From the NCBI GenBank assembly GCA_965262915.1, contig OZ253564.1, positions 3,808,001 to 3,872,000 on the forward strand: a stretch of DNA of 64,000 nucleotides, given 5' to 3'. The stretch is from Candidatus Spongiisociaceae bacterium. GTDB lineage: Bacteria > Actinomycetota > Acidimicrobiia > Spongiisociales > Spongiisociaceae. This document shows positions 21,486 through 32,232 of the stretch, piece by piece (positions within the stretch are counted from its first letter, which is position 1; each line of letters opens with the position of its first letter). The notes below the pieces were generated by a model. That model searched no databases and was not told where the DNA came from. It saw only the letters and a program-made list of their open reading frames with translations. The position numbers and the translations under genes were made by a program.

Positions 21486-23333
21486 TTATTTCCACAGTCT
21501 TGATCTCAGTCCGGAGGCTCTCTGGACCGAGCGTTCCACCGCAAGGCGGATAACCGGCTCGTCCCCGACCAGGGTCACCTTGCCGGATGCCCTGGTCACC
21601 GCGGTGTAGAGGAGTTCCCTGGTGAGAAGGCGGGACCTGTCGGAGGGCAGGGAGACGACTGCCTCGCCGAACTGGGAACCTTGACTCTTGTGGATGGTCA
21701 AGCCATGGACCGTGCTGTGCTCGCCCAGGTAGCCGGGCGGGAAGGAGCGTATGCCGCCCCGGTCGAACACCACCCGTATACCTTCGCCGGTCCGGACCAC
21801 TACACCGATGTCCCCGTTGTAGAGACCGAGGTTGTAGTCGTTAGTGGTGATCATCAACGGGCGTCCTGGGTACCACTCACCGCGATATCGCAGGCCGGGG
21901 AACCTCTCGTCGAGTATGTCCTCGATGTCGCGCCGCCACTGCTCCACGCTGCCGGGGCCATCGCGATGGGCGCACAGCACCGCCATCTCGCTGAGGCGTG
22001 CCAGCGCCTCCTGTTCATTGCCCGGCACGGACGCCGCCTCCACCAACCGGGCCCGATGCTCTACCACCCGTTCTCTCAGCCTCCGGAAGGGGGCCCCGGT
22101 CCGGTCCTTCACCCAGTGAAGTCCATCCACCTCTCGGCCGAGCAATTCCATCGCCCGGTCGGGGTCGCCGTCCCGAACCGCGTCGGCGAAGTCGGCGATC
22201 GGGCCTTGCTCCTCGAAGCGGTGTACCCGCTCCAGCACCACCACCCGGTCGGCCATCGAGAGAGCGCCAGGGACCGGTCCAGGCTGCTGGGGGTCCGGCA
22301 ACCCGGCCGCGGGACCCACTATGTCGGCGAGAACCGTCCCTGCCTCTATCGACTCCAACTGGTAGGGGTCGCCTACGAGAACCAGTGTGGCGTCGGCCCG
22401 TACCGCGACGATGAGCTTGGCGGCGAGCGGTAGCGAGACCATCGACATCTCGTCCACGACGACGAGGTCATGGGGAAGCCGGTTCCGTTCGTGATGGGCG
22501 AACCGGCCCCGGCCCCACGCCCATCCCAGCAGCCGGTGGATGGTGCCGGTCTGCAGTTTCTCCAACCGCTCCCGGACCATCGGGTGCCCGGCACTAGCTG
22601 CCAGATCGTCGATCACCTCCCTCAGCCGGGCAGCCGCCTTCCCGGTGGGAGCGCACAGCGCGACGCGGGGGAAACCTCCTGGGGTGTGCGCCAGAGCGGC
22701 CAGCATCCTCGCCACCGTGTACGTCTTGCCGGTACCCGGACCGCCGGCAATAACGGTCAACTTCCCGGTCAGGGCATTGACCGCCGCGGCGTGCTGGAGG
22801 TTCGGCCTGGTGCCCGAGACGGGGGGAAGCAACTGGTTCAGAACCGTCTGGAACCCCGGCGTGAGGGCGGTCCGGGGCCCATCGGTGCGCGCCCCGATCA
22901 GGCCCACCACCCGTTCTTCGTACCGGAAGTAACGCTCCAGGTAGAGGCGATCGTTATCCAGCACGAGGGGTTCCTCTCCCCCGCCGTCACCGACCATCGA
23001 ACTGCCCGACACCGCCGACATCCACTCGTCCGGATCCGGCCATGGAAGCGCTTCGACCACCTCCGGAGGTTGGCCCTCGATCACCATCGCTTCCCGCTGG
23101 CTGACGAGGCCGATGCAGACGTGCCCGAAGCGGGTGCCCCGCACTGCCAGGGCGGCTGCCAGCATCACCTTCGAGTCGGACTCGCCCCATAGCCGGGCGA
23201 TCACCGTCGCGGCGTGGACGTCGAGGGGCGACAGGGCACCTCCGTCGTTGAAGGACGCCAGCAAGCCGGATGCACCGACCACCGCTCGCGGCCCGGCGAT
23301 GGCGGCTTCGAGCCGCTCGACGGCCACCATCAT
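21486..23333 (-). CDS. recD: Exodeoxyribonuclease V alpha subunit
   Basis: GGPGTGKT, APTGKAA, TIHRLLG, VDEMSM, TIHKSQGSQF, LLYTAVTRA; ATGA overlap with recB. Confidence 0.95.
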   Translation of the reverse strand: MMVAVERLEAAIAGPRAVVGASGLLASFNDGGALSPLDVHAATVIARLWGESDSKVMLAAALAVRGTRFGHVCIGLVSQREAMVIEGQPPEVVEALPWPDPDEWMSAVSGSSMVGDGGGEEPLVLDNDRLYLERYFRYEERVVGLIGARTDGPRTALTPGFQTVLNQLLPPVSGTRPNLQHAAAVNALTGKLTVIAGGPGTGKTYTVARMLAALAHTPGGFPRVALCAPTGKAAARLREVIDDLAASAGHPMVRERLEKLQTGTIHRLLGWAWGRGRFAHHERNRLPHDLVVVDEMSMVSLPLAAKLIVAVRADATLVLVGDPYQLESIEAGTVLADIVGPAAGLPDPQQPGPVPGALSMADRVVVLERVHRFEEQGPIADFADAVRDGDPDRAMELLGREVDGLHWVKDRTGAPFRRLRERVVEHRARLVEAASVPGNEQEALARLSEMAVLCAHRDGPGSVEQWRRDIEDILDERFPGLRYRGEWYPGRPLMITTNDYNLGLYNGDIGVVVRTGEGIRVVFDRGGIRSFPPGYLGEHSTVHGLTIHKSQGSQFGEAVVSLPSDRSRLLTRELLYTAVTRASGKVTLVGDEPVIRLAVERSVQRASGLRSRLWK

Positions 23334-26300
23334 CGACGCCCTGCGAATAGCTCGCTCAGGGCCACAACCATCTGCGGCGGCGGGGACCAGGGCGCCACCC
23401 CGCAGCGCTCCCCGCCGGTGACCGGGGTCCCGGGACCGATCATGCCCCTGACGAACAGGTACATGGACCCGCCGAGATGGACGGACGGGTCGTAGCCCGG
23501 GAGGCGCCACTCGAGGTACCGGTGGAGGGCCACCTGGTACAGCAGGGCCTGGAGCACGTAGTTGCCGTGATGCATGGCGGTGACCAGCGGGACCGGTCCG
23601 TAGTCGGTCGCCGCCGGTAGCTCGCCTCCGGCGGGAAGCGTGTTGGACTTGAAGTCCATGACCGTGTAGCGATCGCCGCGGGCGGCCGGCAGGACGGTGA
23701 TGAGGTCGATACCCCCGGTCAGGAAGCCGCGGAACCGATGAGGTTCCAGGTCGCGAAGCCGCGAGAAGTAGCCCCGGTGGGGATCGTCGTCGTCGAGACG
23801 CTTGAGCACCACCGCAGCGACATCGCGCAGCGAGATCGTCGATGCCGAAGTACGGAGCGGCAGTTCGAAGTCCAACTCCTTGAGGGTCCGCCTCGGGTCG
23901 AGATCGCGCAGGGTGGGAGCGTCGTCTCGAGGCCCGAGCGGTGTCTGCATCGCCGCCGCTATTCCACTTACGAAGGCATCGCTCTCGAAGTCCCAGGATG
24001 CGTGGCGGGTGGCGCGGGCCAGCTCGGATCCGATCGCAGCAGGGAGGTCGGGAGCGTCGAAGGGCACGTACCGGAGGACCTCGTGTACCAGCGACCCGAA
24101 CCGGGCCCCGCGTGGAAGCTCGGCCATCGGCAACCCGCCGCCGACCCCGGCCGGCGGGTCGTCGTACTCGACCTCGTCGACCCGGTCCGGTTCGTCGGTG
24201 GTGTCGGCCTCCCCGCCCAGGGGATGGTCGGGCGACAGTGACGAGAAGGAGACCCGCCGCCAGAAGTAGTCGAGCGGCCGATCGAAGCTGGCCCGTTCGA
24301 GCCGGCTCCGCGCCTTCCCCGCCCCTGGGTACTCGACCGATGTTTGCGTTTCGCTGAGGATGGTCTGGCTGATCGCTCCCCCGGAGGCTTCGATGAGCCC
24401 CGCGATGGTCCGGTCGGGGTCACGCCCGCGGCTCAGGATCTGGTGGAGCTTGGTTCTGGCCGAGTTGGCGGTGTTCTCGATCCACCACACCACCAGGCGA
24501 TGCTTCGCTCTGGTGAGCGCCACGTACAGCAACCGGCCCTCCTCGGCAGTCTCCTCATCCATCGCGGCCTGCTGGTGGGATTCGAAACCGGGCGACGCGG
24601 GACCGCCCACATCGATTAGACGCCGACGGGGTGCCCCCTCCGGAGCGGGCTCCGGATCGTGAAAGATGGGGATCCGGGGCGTGATCCGGGGGATATCCCA
24701 CAAGAACGGCGCCATCACCACCGGGTACTCGAGGCCCTTGGCGGCGTGCACGGTCAGGACCTGCACCGCGGCCGCGTCCGTATCCAGGCGACGCTGGCGG
24801 GACTCGGCATCCTCGACGTTCGCCTCGGCGTTGCGGGCAGCTTCGTCCATGGCAACTTCGATCCACACCACCAGCGACCCGATCCGACCCCTCCGCCAGG
24901 CGGCATGCATCTCTTCGGCGATGTGGTTCAGGTCGGTCAGTTCCCTCTCACCATCGGATCGGGCGAGCACCCGGGCCGTGAGACCGGTGGTCCGGTCGAC
25001 GTCGGCGAACATCGCGGGTACTCCGTGGTCGTGCAACAGCCCCTGCCACCGCAGGAAGCGTTGCTGGAGATCGAGGAGGGGGTCGTCGCTTAGACCGGCC
25101 ACCTCGCGAAGGGGCTTCCCCACGAGTGGAGTGGTGGCCGCCAAGCGCAGGTAGCCGGCTCGGCTCGGTCGTTCCACCGCGAGGAGGAACCGGCGCCAGT
25201 GCTCGGCAGCCGGGGTGGCGAACACGCTCCCGGTCCGGGCCACCACCGACGGTACGCCCGCGGCTGTGAGTGCGTCCCGTATGATCCCGACCTGCCGGCC
25301 GGTGCGGCACAGCACCGCGATGTCCCCCGGTCCGAGTGGGCGATCCTCGCCGTCGCTGCCCGTCAAGGTCACCCCGTCATCGAGAAGCCGGACCACTTCG
25401 GCGGCCACATCCGCGGCGACCGCCCCCCGCGCCTCCCCGACGTAGAAGAACGGTCTGTATTGCTGGCGGGGCAGCGGGAAGTCGCCCGAGAAGCGGCGTA
25501 TCTCCAGGGCGCTCCCCGCGCCGCTTATCCGGGCTGTCCGGTTCCGGTCGGCCGGCAGCACGGGGCGGTATCCGATACGGGGGTCGCCGAAGGTGGCGCC
25601 GGCCAGCAACGCGTCGAGGGCGACGATCAGCGGTCCGTCGCTGCGCCAGTTGGTAGCGAGGGTGCGGTGAGTGGTGGGGTCTTCCACGGCGGAGAGGTAG
25701 GACTCGATATCGGCACCCCGGAAGGCGTAGATCGACTGCTTGGGATCGCCGATCACGACCAGCCGGGACTCGTCGAACACCGACCTGAGAATCTGCCATT
25801 GGATGGGGTCGGTGTCCTGTGCCTCGTCGACCAGCGCGATGGAGTAGCGCCTCCTCAGCAGGTCACGGGCGCCGGCGCCGATCCGCGCCTCGTTCAGCGC
25901 GTCGCGGGCTTCCACGAGGGTGTCATCGAAGGTCACCATGCCTTCCGCCCACAGCCGCTGAGACAGCACCGATTTCACTTCCCGGGCCATCTCCGCCCGA
26001 ACTCTCACCATCCCCTCCACAGAGGCGGGTTCCGGAACGGTCCGAGCATCCGGGATCGTGACGACGACCTTGCCGATCTCGGCCAGGTGGTCTTGGGGAA
26101 CCTGCTGGACCTCGTCCGCCGGCTGCGGAACGGCGAAGCGACCCACCACCAGGTCACTGGCGGCGCGCCGCAGGAGCAGTTCGTCTATCTCGCGGGGCTC
26201 CATGTCGCCGGACAGCCGGGATCGGAATCCGAGCTTCTGCAGCAACCGGAGAGCGAAGCCATGGATGGTGAAGATCTGGGCGCGGTCGAAGTGAGTCAGT

Positions 26301-26635
26301 GCCTCCTCGAGCCGGTCCGAATACATCCCCTGTTGATCCGGGTTAGCATCGAGCAAGACCCGCATGTGGCCGTCTGCCTGCCCACCACCCTGTGAACGGT
26401 GGAGAGCGCTGAGGGTGTTGACCATCCGCCGCCTGACCCGGTCCTTGAGTTCGGCGGTGGCGGCTCGGGTGAAGGTGACCACGAGGATACGCTCGAGTGG
26501 GAGACCTTCCTCAGCCACCAGACGGGTGACGACGGCGGCGATCGTGAAGGTCTTGCCGGTACCGGCGCTGGCCTCGATGACCGTGCGGCCATCGGCGATC
26601 GGTGCGTAGGGGTCGTACGGACCGACCGTGGTCAT
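23330..26635 (-). CDS. recB: Exodeoxyribonuclease V beta subunit
   Basis: EASAGTGKT, VTFTRAAT, DEAQDTD, GDPKQSIY, LLYVALTRA, nuclease GGIDL...DFKSN. Confidence 0.95.
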   Translation of the reverse strand: MTTVGPYDPYAPIADGRTVIEASAGTGKTFTIAAVVTRLVAEEGLPLERILVVTFTRAATAELKDRVRRRMVNTLSALHRSQGGGQADGHMRVLLDANPDQQGMYSDRLEEALTHFDRAQIFTIHGFALRLLQKLGFRSRLSGDMEPREIDELLLRRAASDLVVGRFAVPQPADEVQQVPQDHLAEIGKVVVTIPDARTVPEPASVEGMVRVRAEMAREVKSVLSQRLWAEGMVTFDDTLVEARDALNEARIGAGARDLLRRRYSIALVDEAQDTDPIQWQILRSVFDESRLVVIGDPKQSIYAFRGADIESYLSAVEDPTTHRTLATNWRSDGPLIVALDALLAGATFGDPRIGYRPVLPADRNRTARISGAGSALEIRRFSGDFPLPRQQYRPFFYVGEARGAVAADVAAEVVRLLDDGVTLTGSDGEDRPLGPGDIAVLCRTGRQVGIIRDALTAAGVPSVVARTGSVFATPAAEHWRRFLLAVERPSRAGYLRLAATTPLVGKPLREVAGLSDDPLLDLQQRFLRWQGLLHDHGVPAMFADVDRTTGLTARVLARSDGERELTDLNHIAEEMHAAWRRGRIGSLVVWIEVAMDEAARNAEANVEDAESRQRRLDTDAAAVQVLTVHAAKGLEYPVVMAPFLWDIPRITPRIPIFHDPEPAPEGAPRRRLIDVGGPASPGFESHQQAAMDEETAEEGRLLYVALTRAKHRLVVWWIENTANSARTKLHQILSRGRDPDRTIAGLIEASGGAISQTILSETQTSVEYPGAGKARSRLERASFDRPLDYFWRRVSFSSLSPDHPLGGEADTTDEPDRVDEVEYDDPPAGVGGGLPMAELPRGARFGSLVHEVLRYVPFDAPDLPAAIGSELARATRHASWDFESDAFVSGIAAAMQTPLGPRDDAPTLRDLDPRRTLKELDFELPLRTSASTISLRDVAAVVLKRLDDDDPHRGYFSRLRDLEPHRFRGFLTGGIDLITVLPAARGDRYTVMDFKSNTLPAGGELPAATDYGPVPLVTAMHHGNYVLQALLYQVALHRYLEWRLPGYDPSVHLGGSMYLFVRGMIGPGTPVTGGERCGVAPWSPPPQMVVALSELFAGRR

Positions 26636-29600
26636 ACGGCCTTCTCCCGCAGCAGGGGAAGGATCGGACCCCACAGCGCCTTTGCGTGAGCCGGGAAGGA
26701 ACTCCGCTGGAGCGCGGACATGGTGAGTAGGTCCGGGAACAGGAACTGGTTGGCCGGGTCCTTCGCCTCGGGAGAGAACCTGTCTGTCTCCCACATCTTC
26801 CCGGCCTGCTTGCGGGCGCTCTCCGGATCGCCGCCGATCTTCCTCTGCCAGATGAAAGCGGTCTCACAGGGCAGCGGCACGGGGGTGTTGAGACCTTCGA
26901 CGTACAGGTCGACCAAGCCGGAGAGCAACCGGTCCGCTTCCTGCTTGCGACGCTCGTGGTCGCCACGGAGCGGCCCGATCGTGACACTCCACAGCTTGTC
27001 GCCGTAGAGGTGGCGACCGATCAGCAGACCGTGCCAAGGCCGGCGCGGGTCCAGCGCGGATAGGAAGAGCATCTGCACAAAGACCCTCAGGCGCTGCTTG
27101 CCCTTGAGTCGTGACGGGGTGACCATGTCAACCCGGGAGGCGCCGGCATCCGCCGTTACCAAGCCCTCGATCGTGCCGTTCCCCAAACGAACGGCCCCTG
27201 TGAACTGCTCGTGCCGCTCCGGTTCGTATCCCACCCGCCTCGCTGCCGTCCACAGATCGACCGCCCGTTTGCGGGCCTTGTCGAGGCCTCCCCGCCCGAG
27301 GTAACCGGGCGGCACGGAGTCGCCGGCTCGTTCGTGGGCCTCGAGCGACTCGATCGGATGGCCTTGCAGCAGTCCGGCGAGGAATCGGTCGGTGACCTGC
27401 CACTCCCCCAAGGGCCCGAGGTCGGTGGGTACGGTGTCGTCGGGAATCTCTCCCGGAGGGGGGATGCCGAAGCCGAGGCGGGTACGGATGAACTCGCGGG
27501 CGGGATGCTCGAGAAAGCGGCCCAGGTCCGCGAGCCGGATCTCGGAGAAGATGTCATCTGCGGGGGCCGGAAGAGAGATCCGGGATACCTCACCGCCGGT
27601 GCGGTGCTGGACGGCGAGCGACCCTTTGAACTGCATGGGGTCGAACCCCCAGGGTCCTGGCACCCCGAGACCGCCCCCGACGAAGTTGGTCTCGCTGAAC
27701 GCCTGGAGAGGGTGATCGGTCCGGAGGCTTTTCAGGCCGGCCTCGCCCACCATTTCGAACAGGACGTCGGTCAACTCGGCGATGGGAACCGCCGCCGGGT
27801 ACACGGCGTTGGTCAGTTCGTCACGCCCCGAGTAGGTGACGATCAGGTGATCCCCGGCGGCCATCACCGCGTCCAGTAGGAGTTGGCGATCCTCCGCACC
27901 CCGGTCGGAGTCACCGATGATCTCGCTGTCCACCAGCAGGTCGTCGCCGTCTACCCGGCTGCTGCGGGGGAACCGCGCGTCGTCCATACCCAGCAGGCAC
28001 ACCACCCGGTAGGGCACCGACCGCATCGGGACCAGCGTGCAGACCGTTATGTCCCCGGTACGGAAGTGCAGGGGACTCGGCACGTCGCGGGACCAGTCAT
28101 CCACCACCAACCGGGCTTCGGCAGGATCGAGCAGCGGATCGTCCCCGCCTGCTTCCCCGCCGGGGAAGCTCTCTTCGAGAAGGCGCTCCAGTTGGCCCCA
28201 CTGCCACTGGTCGTCCCAGGCCGGAGCCGCCAGGAGCCGCACCGCAGCGGCGATGGCCGGTCCCCACTCGGAGTACGGCCGCGGTCCGCCGAGAAGGTCC
28301 CGGACCGCGGCGATACGGTCGAGGATCTGGGCTAGCAGTCCTATCGGCAAGGCCTCCTGCCCTTCGACTCCGTCGAGGGGAGCGATGGTGTCGACCACGC
28401 GAACGCTGCTGTCCGCGTAGAAGACTCCTGCGAGAGCCCGGTCCAGGCCGCGCTGCCAGGTGTGGTCCCCGACGGTGCCGGCGTTCCACCGGGCGCGGTG
28501 GTCGGCATCGAGACCCCACCGCACGTTGGTGTCTTCGATCACGGCCGCGATCGCGTCCGCTGCCTCCTCGTCGTATCCGAACAGTTGTCGCACCACCGGC
28601 ATCGCCACGAGCTCTCGGACGGTGCCCCCTTCGAGGCGGGAGCGGGCCAGGTCGAGGACGGTCGCGGCAAACCGGACCAGCGGGTTGGTGGCGGCCGGTG
28701 CCCGGTCGGCGATCCGAAGGCGCAGGTCGGGTAGAGCATCCTCGCCGGTTCGGTCCCCCAAGGCGCCCGCGGCAGGGTCCGCGTCGTCGATACCGGCTTC
28801 GCCGAGGAAGACGGCCTCGAGGAGAGGCGCGAAGGTGTCGAGGTCGGGTGTCATGATCACGACATCGCGCGGTTCCAGCGTGGTGTCGGCCGCCAGGACG
28901 TGGAGGATGGCGTCGCGCAGAACCTCGACCTGCCGTCGGGCGCCGTAGCAGACGTGGATCTGGACCGACCGGTCTCCGTCGCTCGCGGCACCGGGCGCAG
29001 CGGCACTTTCGGCGGGGACGGTGTTGGAACGGATGTCCTGCTGGAGCCTCCGTAGCAGGCTCGTGGGCGCGGTTTGCCGTTCTCCGGCAGATGCGTCGCC
29101 GGTGTGGTTCCGGCCTGCCAGCACCAACTGGAGCTCGCGGCTTTCCTGCGCCCAGGAACGCAGCAGCAGATGGCGGGGAAGATGTGCGGTCGGATCGGAG
29201 TCCCTTCCCAAGCCGGCCGTTACCCGATCCCGTTCCGCGAGGAGTGCCGTGTCCCGCCATAGGGCGGGGGACGGATGCAACAGGTGGAGGTGGACATCGC
29301 GGCCGGCGGCCATCGCTTCGAACACCTCCAGATCCATCGGGTCGGCCGAGGTGAGCCCGTATACGAAGACCCGCTCCGGCAGGCCCGTATCGAGCGAGCC
29401 GGCCCGGATCGGGTCCAAGGCCTCCGGGAGCAGCTCCGCCGGACTGGGAGCCCCAATACGTGCCCGGACCAGCCGCCACAGGCGCGGTTGCCAGATGTCC
29501 GCTCCGGGGAGGGTCTCGCCGCCCGGTCCGAGGTCCTCGCCCTCTGTCCAGGCTCGTACCATTTCGGGTCGCCGCCGCGCATAGCGTGCGAAGAGCCGGG

Positions 29601-30030
29601 CGATCTTGCGCGCCGCCCGGAGGCGCTGGCTGTTGCCGAGCGTGGCGACCGCATTCGGGGCATCGACGAAGCGGGCCAGCAGCCACATCCATGGCTCGGC
29701 GAGGTGATCGTCCACAACCGAGACGACGCAGCGGGTCAGGGCGGTTCCCTCCCAGGCATCCAAGGAAACGGCCAGTTCGGGCACAGCGAGGAGAACCTCC
29801 CGGACGAGCCGGCGCGGTGATGGAAACTCGACGTTGGCGCACACCCCGTCGCCGGACGTGCGGTGTCCCAGCTCCGAGGAGATCCGCTGCGTGAGCCAAC
29901 GTTCGATACCACGCGTCGGCACGGCCACCACTTCCCGAGCGAACGGATCGGCCGGGGGCGACGCCAGCATCTCGCACAACTGCCCCACCAACTCGTCGGG
30001 ATGAGACCCGACGTGGATCACCAGCGCCAC
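26632..30030 (-). CDS. recC: Exodeoxyribonuclease V gamma subunit
   Basis: DPFAREVVAVPTRGIERWL, RQVEVLRD, TLVPMRSVPYRVVCLLG, HPLQAFS. Confidence 0.95.
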   Translation of the reverse strand: MALVIHVGSHPDELVGQLCEMLASPPADPFAREVVAVPTRGIERWLTQRISSELGHRTSGDGVCANVEFPSPRRLVREVLLAVPELAVSLDAWEGTALTRCVVSVVDDHLAEPWMWLLARFVDAPNAVATLGNSQRLRAARKIARLFARYARRRPEMVRAWTEGEDLGPGGETLPGADIWQPRLWRLVRARIGAPSPAELLPEALDPIRAGSLDTGLPERVFVYGLTSADPMDLEVFEAMAAGRDVHLHLLHPSPALWRDTALLAERDRVTAGLGRDSDPTAHLPRHLLLRSWAQESRELQLVLAGRNHTGDASAGERQTAPTSLLRRLQQDIRSNTVPAESAAAPGAASDGDRSVQIHVCYGARRQVEVLRDAILHVLAADTTLEPRDVVIMTPDLDTFAPLLEAVFLGEAGIDDADPAAGALGDRTGEDALPDLRLRIADRAPAATNPLVRFAATVLDLARSRLEGGTVRELVAMPVVRQLFGYDEEAADAIAAVIEDTNVRWGLDADHRARWNAGTVGDHTWQRGLDRALAGVFYADSSVRVVDTIAPLDGVEGQEALPIGLLAQILDRIAAVRDLLGGPRPYSEWGPAIAAAVRLLAAPAWDDQWQWGQLERLLEESFPGGEAGGDDPLLDPAEARLVVDDWSRDVPSPLHFRTGDITVCTLVPMRSVPYRVVCLLGMDDARFPRSSRVDGDDLLVDSEIIGDSDRGAEDRQLLLDAVMAAGDHLIVTYSGRDELTNAVYPAAVPIAELTDVLFEMVGEAGLKSLRTDHPLQAFSETNFVGGGLGVPGPWGFDPMQFKGSLAVQHRTGGEVSRISLPAPADDIFSEIRLADLGRFLEHPAREFIRTRLGFGIPPPGEIPDDTVPTDLGPLGEWQVTDRFLAGLLQGHPIESLEAHERAGDSVPPGYLGRGGLDKARKRAVDLWTAARRVGYEPERHEQFTGAVRLGNGTIEGLVTADAGASRVDMVTPSRLKGKQRLRVFVQMLFLSALDPRRPWHGLLIGRHLYGDKLWSVTIGPLRGDHERRKQEADRLLSGLVDLYVEGLNTPVPLPCETAFIWQRKIGGDPESARKQAGKMWETDRFSPEAKDPANQFLFPDLLTMSALQRSSFPAHAKALWGPILPLLREKAV

Positions 30031-30428
30031 GGCGCCCCCGGTAGCCGGCGACGGTCCACGGGAACTGCCGACTCGTCCGATCTATTAGAACGGTGTATCC
30101 GTCTTTCCTCGCTCCCGCATTGCCGGAACGGATCGACACTCCGTATGGTCAGGTCCTCCACAGAAGCGAACATATCACCCGGCACCGACACATCGCGGTC
30201 ATCCGACGGACCTTGGGGGAAGAAGGCGCGGCCCGAGTTGCAGCCGGTTCTACTTCCGGGTGTCTCGGCGGCCGGAGCGACCTCCGGATCAACCCGAGAA
30301 GATCCGGGCGTCGGCCCGACAAGATGGAGTATGGCTAGCCCCTGCCTGGCACTATCCGTACCCGTACGGGCATCCGGTCCAGAGAACGCTCGACGATGGC
30401 ATCGGCGAGGCTAGGCCCAGGTCAATGC

Positions 30429-31130
30429 TCAAACCCGATCCCAAAGCGGATCATCCATCGGGAACACGTTGTTCACCTGTAACCAGTGCCACACACCTTG
30501 GTAGCTCGATACCGGAAGTGCTCTCGTGAGCCCAACCGCTATGTAGCAACCGTCGAGTCGTGAGCGCAGAGCACGGATATCTCTGAACGACGGCGTCACA
30601 TGATCGGCCTTCCACAACCGTATGTCCGTTACTTTCAGCGACATAAACCCCAGATCTGCGTCCCTGAATGAGAACGTGATCTCATGCTTTCCGAATCTGT
30701 TCCGGGTTGTGAGTTCCACCTCACCTGCCATTTCGAGTACACCGAGGGAACCACGCCCCTTGCCCTCCGGTACCGCTGCGGCAGTGGCGCTCAAGCTATC
30801 GAGGTCCAGACCGAAGATCTCCCGCAGATTCGGCTTTGCGACAAAGCTAAGAACCCTGAGAAACCCTTCCCTATCCAGGGTACGGACCGGCCTGACGCCC
30901 TCCCATTCGAACTCCGCGTCTTCGACTTCCGGAGGAGCCGGACGGGCCGTCGTAGAACCGAGATCCAACACTGTGCCAAGCGAGAACGGGCCACCCTCGG
31001 CGCCCAGGAGAAGACGGTGAAGTTGCTCGTACGCCAGAACCGGACGTTTATGCGCACCGCTCCTATCTACTCCGGCGACGCAGACGTATGGGGACTTCAT
31101 CCGGGTCAGATGGTTGATGGCGATTTCCAT
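30429..31130 (-). CDS. Dual-OB-like nucleic-acid-binding protein
   Basis: TRMKSPYVCVAG...RPV, SLG, KVTD, VGLTR; this type typically accompanies DUF488 genes. Confidence 0.65.
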   Translation of the reverse strand: MEIAINHLTRMKSPYVCVAGVDRSGAHKRPVLAYEQLHRLLLGAEGGPFSLGTVLDLGSTTARPAPPEVEDAEFEWEGVRPVRTLDREGFLRVLSFVAKPNLREIFGLDLDSLSATAAAVPEGKGRGSLGVLEMAGEVELTTRNRFGKHEITFSFRDADLGFMSLKVTDIRLWKADHVTPSFRDIRALRSRLDGCYIAVGLTRALPVSSYQGVWHWLQVNNVFPMDDPLWDRV

Positions 31131-31139
31131 ACCCGGCCT

Positions 31140-31577
31140 TTACAGATGAACCGGTTGTACGTTACCCCAGGCTTGGTCCAGGTACTCGACGACTAGGCGG
31201 CGATGGCAGCGTTCGGGGGTCGGCTCGCTGCAAAGCAGGACCGCTCGCCCGGCGAAAAGGTCTCTGGGGATCTCGGTCTCGACTCGACGTCCCGACATGA
31301 GATCGAAGAAGGCCACCTCATAGTCTTCCCAGGTCACGTCACCTGCCCGGTAGCACCTGAGAAGTTCCTTGGTGGGGGCAAGCAACGGCTCGTGAACGTA
31401 GTCGGCTCCGACGATCTGCCGCAGGAAGTAGGCGAGATCGTCACGTTTGGCGAAGCCGGCCAACTGGGACGTGTTGCTGACCCGCACATCCACAAGCCGC
31501 TGCATTCCCCTCGCCTTCAGCGCTTCGAAGAACGAGGCGGCGGGCTTCTTCGTGAAACCGATCGTGTAGATCTCCAT
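31140..31577 (-). CDS. DUF488 protein (short)
   Basis: IYTIGF, LVDVR, SQLAGFAK, LAPT, LLCSEPTPERCHRRLV. Confidence 0.88.
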   Translation of the reverse strand: MEIYTIGFTKKPAASFFEALKARGMQRLVDVRVSNTSQLAGFAKRDDLAYFLRQIVGADYVHEPLLAPTKELLRCYRAGDVTWEDYEVAFFDLMSGRRVETEIPRDLFAGRAVLLCSEPTPERCHRRLVVEYLDQAWGNVQPVHL

Positions 31578-32140
31578 GGACTCCTCACCGACGTATCGAA
31601 CAGGGATTGCTCTTCGTGTACAGGATCCGACCAGCCCTCAAATGTAGATACCTCCTCGGTGCGTTCGGTGTTTCCGTCGCCCCGGATGTGTGTCACTTCG
31701 ACATCCTTCCTTTGGAGGACTCGTGTGACGAGGAGGAAGCGATGACACTCGGACGGGTCTTCCTCACTACACATAATGGCTACCCGAAAACGCTTCGCCC
31801 CGTCGATGAGCCTCATCAGACCGGATTCGAACAGGGGTGTCTCGGCCAGGCGTCCATAGAGGACATGGCCGTCGGGGTCGTAGAACTCGTCCCCGTCGGG
31901 CTTGCCGCCGAGTTCCTCCCCTAAGAAGATATACCGGATGCCCACCTCTCTCAACCCGAGCCGGAGGTTGTCGCGGTTGAACTGCGGATTGAACCGCGAG
32001 AATGGTGAGGTGCGCACGTCAACCACCACCTCGACCCCGTACCGCTGGAGAAGATCCACGAAGACCCCGAGCGGATGGGTCGAGTGCCCGATCGACATGA
32101 GCACGGGACCGCCCTCCCGCCCCGGATCAGCCTCGCTCAT
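31517..32140 (-). CDS. DUF488 protein (long)
   Basis: SIGHSTH, VDVRTSPFSR, LGG, IMCSEEDPSECHR. Confidence 0.88.
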   Translation of the reverse strand: MSEADPGREGGPVLMSIGHSTHPLGVFVDLLQRYGVEVVVDVRTSPFSRFNPQFNRDNLRLGLREVGIRYIFLGEELGGKPDGDEFYDPDGHVLYGRLAETPLFESGLMRLIDGAKRFRVAIMCSEEDPSECHRFLLVTRVLQRKDVEVTHIRGDGNTERTEEVSTFEGWSDPVHEEQSLFDTSVRSPWRSTRSVSRRSPPPRSSKR

Positions 32141-32232
32141 GCCGGATCATCCGCCGTAACCGACCACACATGCATACATATACGTATGCCTTCACCGCAC
32201 AGGCATGCCACACGGCGAGGATTTCCGGAGCC

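Noticed and set aside
28097-30139. 680-aa ORF overlapping recC, and similar long shadow ORFs (12951-14213, 14687-15844, 25199-26395, 33653-34840)
   Set aside because: Arg/Gly/Pro-rich alternative-frame or antisense products expected at high GC; no motifs.
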